Assembly (NCBI GenBank): GCA_038321865.1
Contig: JBBQFH010000011.1
Span: 1 to 64,000, forward strand
DNA length: 64,000 nt
Origin: Gemmatimonadales bacterium
Lineage (GTDB): Bacteria > Gemmatimonadota > Gemmatimonadetes > Gemmatimonadales > GWC2-71-9
Direction: 5' to 3'
The notes below the pieces were generated by a model. The model was not told the origin of the DNA, ran no database searches, and saw only the letters and a list, made by a program, of their open reading frames with translations. Positions 1-8,477 of the stretch are shown here, in pieces (positions within the stretch are counted from its first letter, which is position 1; each line of letters begins with the position of its first letter). The translations under genes were made by a program, and so were the position numbers.

Positions 1-419
1 ATCACCGCCCCGGTCTTGAGGTCAAACAGGCCGTGATGGCAGGGGCAGTGAAAGATGCCCTTGTCCTTGTCGAAGCCGTAGCTGCATGCGAGGTGCGGAC
101 AGTGGCCGTTGTACACGGTGAACTTCTGATTGTCCTCGGTAAAAATCCACACTCCACGAAGCGCCCGGGTCTCGAACCAGGCGTCATTGATCGTCTCGGC
201 GAAGTCGAACCGGACCGGGACCCCCGCTTCGATCTGTTCCACCTCGCCCAGCGCGATCCACCGTACCTTCTTGGGCCGGCGGAAGGCGGGGGAGACGAAG
301 GCGCGGAGTGCTGGCATGCCCACGAGCCCGGCCGTGAACAAGGCTCCCAGCGCGGTGGCCCATCGGAAGAACGACCGGCGGGGGGGAACGGGCTGGGTCG
401 GGGGATCGACTTCGGGCAC
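1..419 (-). CDS. Rieske [2Fe-2S] protein (QcrA/PetA-like), 3' end beyond the window edge
   Basis: Not in the ORF track; translated manually from GTG at 419 (SD GGAGGT upstream). Tat-like RRSFF plus hydrophobic helix, box1 CPHLAC, box2 CPCHHGLF. Confidence 0.92.
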   Translation of the reverse strand, partial: MPEVDPPTQPVPPRRSFFRWATALGALFTAGLVGMPALRAFVSPAFRRPKKVRWIALGEVEQIEAGVPVRFDFAETINDAWFETRALRGVWIFTEDNQKFTVYNGHCPHLACSYGFDKDKGIFHCPCHHGLFDLKTGAV

Positions 420-618
420 AGATGACCTCCTCACGGGGAACGTCGGGGAATCGGCTTCGGGAACTGTCCCGAACAACGCGATGATCCGATCAAGCCTGAC
501 AGCTTCAACGGATAGCCGCAACGACTTCCTGATTACGCTCAACAGGCTGCGGCGTGTCTTCCACTTCGCCGCGTCGGGTGAACCGGGTCCGCTGCCGGCG
601 GTCCTTCGATCGTCAACG

Positions 619-1527
619 TCACTGCCCCTCCTCGAATACGTCCACCCAGCGCCGGTATCGTCGGGCGACCTCCGACACGGCCGCATCACGCCTGATCTTC
701 CCATCGCGGAAAGCGATCAGTGCGTCCCAGAAGGTGGTTCGTCCCACCGCAAAGCCGATGAACCCCGGCACGGCCGCCGCCGTTGCCAGCCACGTCTCGA
801 CGTGCTGCTCGCTTTCCCGACGGCCCAGGACGATGCAGCCCACGTCGCGCCGCCCATCGCGCCGTGTCGCCTCGGCGATCTTCAAATACTCCCCCCGGTG
901 GTCGAGGCCTTCGATCTTCCAGACGTCCGGCTCGACCCCGGCGTCCTGGAGCTCATGAACGGCGCGGACCATGAGCGAAGGACGAAGCTCGCGGTCGTAG
1001 GCCACCGGGTCGCCGCCGAGACCGTGGAGCTGCGCCGAGGTAGCTGGAATCAGCAGCTCGAACAGGAATTTCGACGGGCTGCCGTCCAGGTACTCGGAGA
1101 GGCGCCGGAGCCGCCCGGCCTGCCGGGAGTTAAGACCCGCGTCGCCGCCTGGATTGTAGCGCACCAGCACCTTGCAGAAGGTCGGCGCGAACTCCTCGAT
1201 GTGTCTCGCGAACTCCGCACCGAACTCGAAGTCGAACTCATCCTGCCCACTTTTCTCCGCGGGCGCACAGGTGATGTAACCGCGGTGTCGCGCGTCGCAC
1301 AGGATGCCGGCCCCAAACCGCTCGTCGACCAGAATGCCGGCCTTCTCCTTGGGGACGCCGTCCGCGACCGCAGCGGCAAACCCGTCATAGATCACCCTCT
1401 TGGCGGCCGAGATCCGCTCGATCTGGTCTGGGGCGAGTGCCCCGGACCAGCCGAACATGCCGTTTTCGAACGACGCGCGGTGGTCGAAGGGCAGGATGTA
1501 GAGGGGCTGGGTGTAGCCCAAGGTCAT
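619..1527 (-). CDS. DUF2090 protein (IolC C-terminal / LacD-like aldolase fold), stand-alone
   Basis: LPFDHR, GILVDERFG, CKVLVRY, PDVWKIEG (putative Schiff-base Lys) and GFAVGRT motifs. Confidence 0.8.
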   Translation of the reverse strand: MTLGYTQPLYILPFDHRASFENGMFGWSGALAPDQIERISAAKRVIYDGFAAAVADGVPKEKAGILVDERFGAGILCDARHRGYITCAPAEKSGQDEFDFEFGAEFARHIEEFAPTFCKVLVRYNPGGDAGLNSRQAGRLRRLSEYLDGSPSKFLFELLIPATSAQLHGLGGDPVAYDRELRPSLMVRAVHELQDAGVEPDVWKIEGLDHRGEYLKIAEATRRDGRRDVGCIVLGRRESEQHVETWLATAAAVPGFIGFAVGRTTFWDALIAFRDGKIRRDAAVSEVARRYRRWVDVFEEGQ

Positions 1528-1567
1528 GATGCCGGGATCTCAGCTGCCTCGGCCACGGCCTTGGCAC

Positions 1568-2926
1568 TCATCGGATGAACCGCTCCCAATTTCCGTAGCG
1601 CTCGCCAACCGGGCCGCGCCGAAAGTTGAGCAGGATCACGAGCCCGCCGGCGACTGCGTCGCTCCTGCGGGAGCCGCTCGTCGCACCGTTCAGCACCCAC
1701 GGCGCGGCGAGCACCAGGCTACCGAAGAGTACGTTTGCGAAGCGCAGCGCCCGTCCGACATCGGCCAGTGCCATCACGGAGACGGTGACGATCAGCGCAC
1801 CGAGGACGTGATCGATGTGCGCGGCCGCGGCGGTGGTGCGCAGCACATAGGGCACGAACATCAGCCAGATGCCCAGCCCGGCGCTCACCAGCAGATTCCA
1901 CGGCAGCCCGACGCCCCAAACGAGCGCCATGGGACGTATTGCATCGGGGTGCACCCGGCTGACGATGGGCAAATCCCGCAGCGTGCCGCCGAGCCAGAAG
2001 GTGCGCCAGAACGGGTGCCCCTCGCGCACCGCCTGGGCCAGGAACTGGCACATCGCCACGACTTCGTCGAGGGTGAGGGCGATCATCACCACCATCGCGG
2101 CCGCGGCGATCAGGCAGGGCGTGCACCACGCTCCGACCGCGAGCGGCTGCAGGATGATGAGCGCGATGCTGACGACGCCTAGCGGCACGACCAGGATGCC
2201 GAAGAAGGTGACCATCCAGGGCATCGTCCGCCACCGGGCCTTGTCGCCCATGAACCCCATCAGGAACTCGATCATGTAGGCGAGCGCGCCCAGACCGGCA
2301 TCCGGAATCGGAAAGGCGCGTGAGACGTCCGACGTAAGCACCCGCTGGGTGCCGAGGCCAAAGAAGGGATCGGCGAGCGAGCCGATATGCCGGAGCTGGA
2401 AGGCGACCATCAGCCGGGACAGCAAGAAGCCGACGAGCGCGAGCGCGATGATGGGCGCCCGCTGCGGCCAGCTCGAGGGGTTGTAGGACCAGCCGGGCGG
2501 GAGATCCGGGCCTTTGGCCATGGACATTCCCCGGGGCATGGGCATGCCCGGCGCGAGGATGGCGAAAACGACCACCAGCGCGCCGACCAGCGTGTCGGTC
2601 GCGTACGACGCGGCCGTGGGCGCCCAGAAGACCAATGGGGCGAACAGCAGCCAGAGGCCGACCAGCGAATTCGCCCACGGTGCCCAGAACCTGGCCTGCG
2701 GAGGACCCGCCAACGACAGGATGGCAAGAACGATGACGAAGGCGCCACTCACCACGTCGCTCGCTACCAGCCCGGAGCTGCGGTAGTCGAGCGTGAAGGT
2801 GCTGGTGATGAGCCAGAGCCCGAGCACCATGTTGGCGAAGTGCGGCCATGGCGTGCGCTGTCCGTGACTCATCGGCGCGGCTGCCACTTCGGTATCGGCC
2901 GCGTGTCCGGCGTGTTCGGCACTCAT
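1568..2926 (-). CDS. SPW-repeat / vitamin K epoxide reductase (VKOR)-family membrane protein
   Basis: Start moved to ATG 2926 (ATGA overlap with upstream stop). Many TM segments, APW/SPW-like repeats, VLTS and WCTPC (CxxC). Confidence 0.82.
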   Translation of the reverse strand: MSAEHAGHAADTEVAAAPMSHGQRTPWPHFANMVLGLWLITSTFTLDYRSSGLVASDVVSGAFVIVLAILSLAGPPQARFWAPWANSLVGLWLLFAPLVFWAPTAASYATDTLVGALVVVFAILAPGMPMPRGMSMAKGPDLPPGWSYNPSSWPQRAPIIALALVGFLLSRLMVAFQLRHIGSLADPFFGLGTQRVLTSDVSRAFPIPDAGLGALAYMIEFLMGFMGDKARWRTMPWMVTFFGILVVPLGVVSIALIILQPLAVGAWCTPCLIAAAAMVVMIALTLDEVVAMCQFLAQAVREGHPFWRTFWLGGTLRDLPIVSRVHPDAIRPMALVWGVGLPWNLLVSAGLGIWLMFVPYVLRTTAAAAHIDHVLGALIVTVSVMALADVGRALRFANVLFGSLVLAAPWVLNGATSGSRRSDAVAGGLVILLNFRRGPVGERYGNWERFIR

Positions 2927-4029
2927 GCGGCAGGCTCTCGACGTGATGCGTCCGCGCGCTTTCGCACCGCTGACGAGGCCTCGAGCTTGTTCTCCTTGTA
3001 CCATCCCAGCGGGTCCGCCTTGAGGGCCGCAACCATCTTCGGGAGCGTCTCCCGCAGCGACCGCGCCGGCTCCCACTCGAGCAGGGTACGCGCCCGGGTC
3101 AGGTCGAGCGCGTAGTGATCGCCAGCCCGGTCGATCATCCACGGCTTGATGAACTGCGTCTTGCCCGGGATGAGGTTCATCAGCCAGGCACCGACCTTCG
3201 CCGGCAAGCGCGGCACGATAATCGTCTCCAACGGCTTGCCGTGAATCAGGCGGGAGAGGCTGTGCTGCAGCTCGTCATAGCTGAGCGGCTCCGGCTCACC
3301 GAGCAGGAGCGCCAGGTCAGGCGGCAACTGCGCCCGGCGCTCCACCACGCGCTCGATGGCATCCACCAGGTCGGCCTCGTGCATGAACGACTGCCCGTGT
3401 GCCGTCGAAGCGGAATAGAAGTGGTTGGTGAACTGGCGCTCCGAGATCCGCTGGATCTGATGCGCCAAAGGGATCGAGTGGCAGCGATCGCCGTACACGC
3501 CGGCGATGCGGAGCAATGCCACCGGGATGTCGCCACGCCCGGCGCGCAGGAGCTGCTCGGTCTTGACCTTCGATTCGGGGTAGGCCCAGGTCGGTCGGAT
3601 GGGCCAGTCTTCGGTGATGAACTGGCCGGGCTCGCCCGGGGCGTGCACCAGCATGGTGCTGGAGAACACGAACTGCTCGACCTGGAACCCGGTCTCCACG
3701 AGTCCGCGCAGGAGGCGGTCGGTGCCCCGCACGGTAATCTCATCGTACTTCGGGCTCGGCGCGCCGAAGAAATCGTAGTAGGCGGCGAGATGAATGACCG
3801 ACGCGATGCGGGCCCCGTGGTGCTCCCGGAGCATGTGGAGCCCCTGGCGCACGCTGTCGTCCGACGTCATCTCTACCGCCATGTAGGTGCAGCCAGGCGG
3901 GGGCGGATCGGCCGCCTTGCGGTCGAAGCCCACGACCTGCTCGAAGCGCCCGGTGAACCGCTCCATCACGGCCTGGCCGATTTCGCCATTCGAGCCGGTG
4001 ACCACAACGAGCCCGCTGGACGGAGTCAT
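2923..4029 (-). CDS. NAD-dependent epimerase/dehydratase (extended SDR)
   Basis: VVTGSNGEIG Rossmann motif, HLAAYYDF, FSST, YPESK (YxxxK). Confidence 0.88.
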   Translation of the reverse strand: MTPSSGLVVVTGSNGEIGQAVMERFTGRFEQVVGFDRKAADPPPPGCTYMAVEMTSDDSVRQGLHMLREHHGARIASVIHLAAYYDFFGAPSPKYDEITVRGTDRLLRGLVETGFQVEQFVFSSTMLVHAPGEPGQFITEDWPIRPTWAYPESKVKTEQLLRAGRGDIPVALLRIAGVYGDRCHSIPLAHQIQRISERQFTNHFYSASTAHGQSFMHEADLVDAIERVVERRAQLPPDLALLLGEPEPLSYDELQHSLSRLIHGKPLETIIVPRLPAKVGAWLMNLIPGKTQFIKPWMIDRAGDHYALDLTRARTLLEWEPARSLRETLPKMVAALKADPLGWYKENKLEASSAVRKRADASRREPAA

Positions 4030-4266
4030 CCCGTGGGCGCCGTTAGAAGCGGCTCTGAACTTCGCGCCGTGTCGCAGGTGGCGGTGCCCGGTGTCATACC
4101 AGTCCTCCGCGGCCTGACCGACGCCACCGATGGCAAGGACGAAGCTCTCGGCGTCGAAGCCGGTCCGTCGCGTCAGCCCGAAGCGGCTGGAGTCTCATGT
4201 CGTGCTGTTTCATGCTGGCTTCTCTTCTCCAATCGAGCGGCGAGAGGGAGCAGTTCACTATCGCCG

Positions 4267-4473
4267 CTATGCGGCTTTGGGCTGATACCCAGCATCGGTA
4301 ATCGCCGCGCGAAGCGCGTCAGGGCTGGCAAGCGCTGGGTCGAAGCTCACGGTCGCTGACCCGACCTTCACGTCCTCCACCTGCACCCCAGGGAGCCGGC
4401 TCAGTACCTTGCGAACGTTCGCCACGCAGCCGCCGCAGCTCATACCGGCGATGGAAATCGAGATGCGTTGCAT
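4267..4473 (-). CDS. Heavy-metal-associated (HMA) domain protein, CopZ-like chaperone
   Basis: GMSCGGC metal motif, C-terminal AITDAGY; ATG 4473 with GGGAG SD; 68 aa. Confidence 0.9.
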   Translation of the reverse strand: MQRISISIAGMSCGGCVANVRKVLSRLPGVQVEDVKVGSATVSFDPALASPDALRAAITDAGYQPKAA

Positions 4474-4704
4474 TGACTCTCCCAGTGTAAGAGTGACGCG
4501 GGCGATGGCGGTGGCGTGAATCCCGCGCTTAGCTCTAGGTGACACGCACCACGCTACTTCATCAGCCTGCCGAATGGACGGTAGATGGCCGTGCGTGAAG
4601 CCGGCACGAACAGGTGATTAAGATCCCTTGAGCAATGGAGCACAGCCTGATTCTTTGCTTGCCACAGGTCGCGGGTCGCCAGCGCATCCGACTAACTTTC
4701 TCCC

Positions 4705-5325
4705 ATGCTTCCTTCGCACGGTGGTTTCGGCGGGCGGGCGCTGGTCGCGCTGGCCCTGCTCCTCGTCGGGTCCGCCGCACAGGCACAGGCACAGGACGCG
4801 ACGCCGGGGATGCGCACCCGCGCCCACGTCACGATCCGCTCCGGCGCCCTCTACACGGTGGCCGACGTCGAGTTCATGCAGGGGATGATCGCCCACCACG
4901 CGCAGGCCATTGCCATGTCGCGCATGGCCGCCGAACACCGGGCCGATCCCCGCGTCCTCAAGCTGGCCAACAAGATCGACCAGTCCCAGGTGGCAGAGAT
5001 CCGCATCATGCAGGAGTGGCTCACCCGGAACGGGCAGACCGCTCCCGATACCTCGTCGTGGCACACGATGCACATGACGGGGATGCTGACGGGGGCCCAG
5101 TTCGATTCGCTCCGTGCCGCCACTGGCGGCGCGTTCGATTGGGCCTATCTCACCCTCATGATTCAGCACCACGAGGGCGCGCTCGGGATGGTCCGGGATC
5201 TCCTCGCCACACCCGGCAGCGCGCAGGATGTGGACGTGAACGTCTTCGCCAACGACGTCGTCAGCGTCCAGACCGCCGAGATCGGCGCGATGCGCCGCAT
5301 GCTTTCCCAGTTACCTGACAGGTAA
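4705..5325 (+). CDS. DUF305 ferritin-like secreted protein
   Basis: Signal peptide (AQA); DVEFMQGMIAHHAQAIAMS and MIQHHEGAL paired HH motifs. Confidence 0.88.
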   Translation: MLPSHGGFGGRALVALALLLVGSAAQAQAQDATPGMRTRAHVTIRSGALYTVADVEFMQGMIAHHAQAIAMSRMAAEHRADPRVLKLANKIDQSQVAEIRIMQEWLTRNGQTAPDTSSWHTMHMTGMLTGAQFDSLRAATGGAFDWAYLTLMIQHHEGALGMVRDLLATPGSAQDVDVNVFANDVVSVQTAEIGAMRRMLSQLPDR

Positions 5326-5356
5326 GCCCGCTTACACGCTACCCGGAGCGCTTCCG

Positions 5357-7159
5357 ATGCAATTCCGCAGGGTGTTCGCCTTCGTCGCGCCGCTGCTCGT
5401 CGTGCCGTCGCTCCTGGCCGCGCAGACCTATCCCGGCAGCCAGGACCCGCGCAACGGACTCAAGCCGGGGCGGCTCGACGCCGGCGTCGCCGCAGAGAAC
5501 ATGCGGCTCGTCTCCTTCTCGCCGAAGCCGGCGGTGTTCGACACGGCGCGCGGCCTCACCTTCATCAACTCCGACCTCGCCTTCAGCGGCAAGTACGTCT
5601 ACCAGGGAAACTTCGCCGGGTTCACGGTGTGGGATGTGAGCGACGCCACCGCGCCGAAGGTGGTGGCCGCCGTTTCCTGCATCACGGCCCAGGGGGACCC
5701 CTCCGTCATCGGCCACCTCCTGTTCATCTCGGCGGAGGGACGCGGCAACCGGAACGACTGCGCCAAGGGCGGCGTCCAGGACCCGAAGGACCACATGGCC
5801 GGCGTCCGGATCTACGACGTCTCCAATCCCGCGGCACCGCGCCTCGTCAAGAACGTGCAGACCTGCAAGGGATCGCATACCCACACCGTCGTTCCCGATC
5901 CCAAAGACAAGGGCGTCGTCTACCTCTTTGTCTCAGGGAACCAGGGCGCGCGGCCGGACAGCGAACTGGTGGGATGCAGGGAAGGCACCGATGCGGCGGA
6001 CACGACCAACTCGCTCTACCGGCTCGACGTGATCCGGGTGCCGCTGGCCCATCCGGAGCAGGCGGCCGTGGTGACAGGGGCCCGCATCTTCACGGGACTG
6101 GTTCCCGCGCCGCGGGCCGCCAGCCGGGCGGACCGTCGCCCGGCCCCGGCCCCCGGAGCGGCGACGCCGCCCGCACCGACCGGGCCGCGCAACTGCCACG
6201 ACGTCACGGCGTATCCGGCGATGCACCTCCTCGCCGGCGCCTGCGCCAGCTACGGACTGCTGGTCGACATCTCCAACCCGCTGAAGCCCGTGCGGGTCGA
6301 CGCCATCGCCGACACCAACTTCTCGCTCTGGCACACCGCCGTGTTCAGCAACGACGGCAAGCGCGTCATCTTCACCGATGAATGGGGCGGCGGAACCGGG
6401 CCGATGTGCCAGGCCACCTCCATGCTCGAGATGGGCGGCAACACCATCCTCACCGTCGATCCCGCGCACAAGTACACCCAGCACGCCTACTTCAAGATCC
6501 CGACGGCGCAGACGGCCCAGGAGAACTGCGTTTCCCACAACGGCGGCCTGATTCCGGTGCCCGGCCGGGACATCATGGTGCAGGGCTGGTATCAGGGCGG
6601 CGTGAGCGTGATGGAGTTCACCGATCCCGACCATCCACGGGAGCTGGCGTTCTTCGACCGCGGCCCGATCGATTCGCCGCCGCCGGCCACTGACTCCGCC
6701 GCCGCCACGGGCGGCCGTCCGCGCGGCACCATCGGCGGCTCCTGGGGCGCCTACTGGTGGAACGGCAGGATCTACTCGTCCGAGCTCGACCGCGGCTTCG
6801 ACATCCTCGAGCTGGTGCCGAGCGACCTGATCTCGTCCAACGAGATCGAGGCGGCGAAGCTGGTGCACCTCGCCGAGTACAACCCGCAGAGCCAGCCGAA
6901 GCTCGAGTGGCCGGCCGCCTTCCCGGTGGTGCGCTCGTTCCTCGACCAGCTGATGCGCGGCAACGGCCTCGCCGCCGCGCGGACGACGGCGATCGCGCGC
7001 GCGCTGGATGCCGCTGAGAAGCGGAGCGGCGGCGCACGGCGTACCGCGCTGCAGACGCTGGCCGCCCAGGTGCGCAGGGATGCGAACGGTGCGGCGGATC
7101 CGACGCGGGTCACGGCGATGGCCTCGGCGATTAGTGCGCTCGCGAAGGCGACGGACTAG
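5357..7159 (+). CDS. Secreted LVIVD-repeat-type beta-propeller protein
   Basis: Signal peptide; NSDLAF, GFTVWDVS, GSHTHT, NCHDVT, FTDEWGGG, ENCVSHNG, GWYQGG. Typical partner of DUF305. Confidence 0.75.
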   Translation: MQFRRVFAFVAPLLVVPSLLAAQTYPGSQDPRNGLKPGRLDAGVAAENMRLVSFSPKPAVFDTARGLTFINSDLAFSGKYVYQGNFAGFTVWDVSDATAPKVVAAVSCITAQGDPSVIGHLLFISAEGRGNRNDCAKGGVQDPKDHMAGVRIYDVSNPAAPRLVKNVQTCKGSHTHTVVPDPKDKGVVYLFVSGNQGARPDSELVGCREGTDAADTTNSLYRLDVIRVPLAHPEQAAVVTGARIFTGLVPAPRAASRADRRPAPAPGAATPPAPTGPRNCHDVTAYPAMHLLAGACASYGLLVDISNPLKPVRVDAIADTNFSLWHTAVFSNDGKRVIFTDEWGGGTGPMCQATSMLEMGGNTILTVDPAHKYTQHAYFKIPTAQTAQENCVSHNGGLIPVPGRDIMVQGWYQGGVSVMEFTDPDHPRELAFFDRGPIDSPPPATDSAAATGGRPRGTIGGSWGAYWWNGRIYSSELDRGFDILELVPSDLISSNEIEAAKLVHLAEYNPQSQPKLEWPAAFPVVRSFLDQLMRGNGLAAARTTAIARALDAAEKRSGGARRTALQTLAAQVRRDANGAADPTRVTAMASAISALAKATD

Positions 7160-7163
7160 CGCC

Positions 7164-7574
7164 ATGCGGCTCGACGTCTACGTCAACTATCGCGGCACCT
7201 GCGAGCAGGCGTTCCAGTTCTATGCGGAACACCTCGGCGGCAGGATTACCGACCTGGTCAGACACTCGGCGATGCCGAATCCGAACATTCCCGCCGACTG
7301 GGCGGAGAAGGTGCTTCACGCGCGCATCGAGATCGGCGGGACGATCCTCATGGGGGCGGACGTGCCCCAGGCCGAACCGATGCGGAGCACCTATCTGACG
7401 CTGACGTTCGACCGCGAGGAGGAGGCGGAGCGGGTGTACACGCTGCTCGTGGACGGAGGCGAGATCTTCATGAAGCTGGAAAAGACCGGCTTCGCCAACC
7501 GGTTCGCCATGCTGCGCGACCGGTTCGGCACCTCGTGGATGCTGCTGCACGGGGCAGCGACGGACGCGCCATGA
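7164..7574 (+). CDS. VOC family protein, PhnB-like
   Basis: YVNYRGTCEQAFQFY, VLHARIEIG, DRFGTSWML. Confidence 0.85.
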   Translation: MRLDVYVNYRGTCEQAFQFYAEHLGGRITDLVRHSAMPNPNIPADWAEKVLHARIEIGGTILMGADVPQAEPMRSTYLTLTFDREEEAERVYTLLVDGGEIFMKLEKTGFANRFAMLRDRFGTSWMLLHGAATDAP

Positions 7575-8461
7575 TCAGCACTCGCTGGACCCTTGGCTTC
7601 AGCGCCGCGCTCGCGGTGGCCGGCTGCAGCTCGGCGGTGCAGGGCGGCTCATCCGCCGTCGCGCCGCGGGCGTTCGCGTCCGACCAGATCAGCGTGGTGA
7701 CGCGCGGCTCGGGTCCCGATGTCATCCTCATCCACGGTCTCGCCGGCAACATCGGCGTCTGGGACGCGTCGGCCGACGCACTCGGCAAGCACTTTCGTCT
7801 CCACCTCGTCCAGATTCACGGCTTCGGCGGCGTGGCGCGGACCAGCGCCGACAGCATGGTGAGTGCCGCGGCAGCCCGGGAAATGGCGCGCTACATCCGG
7901 GAGACGCGCCTGACGCGCCCCGCGCTCGTCGGGCATTCGATGGGCGGCACCATCGCGATGATGGTGGCGGCGCGCAATCCGGGGCTGGTCGGACGGGTGA
8001 TGGTGGTGGACATGGTGCCGTTCATGGGCGCAATGTTCGGGCAGCCGGAGGGGACGCCTGAAACGCTGCGCCCGATGGCCGATCAGCTGCGCACCCAGAT
8101 CCTTAGCGGCCCCATGCTCGATCAGATGGTCGTGACGATGACCCGGAGCGAGGCCAACCGCCAGAAGCTGCTCGCCTACGCCGACTCCAGCGACCGCGTG
8201 ACCGTCGCCAACGCGTTGCACGAGCTCCTGCTGACGGACATGCGCCCCGAGCTGGCGAATCTCGGCGTCCCGCTGACCGTCCTCTACGTCCAGCGCGCGG
8301 ATGTGCCGATGCCCCGCGACCAGTACGACGCCTCGATGAAGGAGCTGTACCACAACGCGCCGAACGTGACGCTGGTGCGGGTCGAGGACAGCAACCACTA
8401 CATCCAGCTCGACCAGCCCGAGCGCTTCGTGGCGGCGGTCGAGGCGTTCATGCGGCGCTAG
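7571..8461 (+). CDS. Alpha/beta hydrolase, putative lipoprotein
   Basis: Lipobox VAGC, LIHGL, GHSMGG nucleophile elbow, SNHYI His; ATGA overlap with the upstream gene. Confidence 0.88.
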   Translation: MISTRWTLGFSAALAVAGCSSAVQGGSSAVAPRAFASDQISVVTRGSGPDVILIHGLAGNIGVWDASADALGKHFRLHLVQIHGFGGVARTSADSMVSAAAAREMARYIRETRLTRPALVGHSMGGTIAMMVAARNPGLVGRVMVVDMVPFMGAMFGQPEGTPETLRPMADQLRTQILSGPMLDQMVVTMTRSEANRQKLLAYADSSDRVTVANALHELLLTDMRPELANLGVPLTVLYVQRADVPMPRDQYDASMKELYHNAPNVTLVRVEDSNHYIQLDQPERFVAAVEAFMRR

Positions 8462-8477
8462 CGTCCGGGGGCGCTCC

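Noticed and set aside
481..542. FNR/CRP-like boxes upstream of the Rieske gene (CTGATTACGCTCAA at 529-542; ATGATCCGATCAA at 481-493)
   Set aside because: One has two mismatches and the other the wrong spacing; too weak to call.
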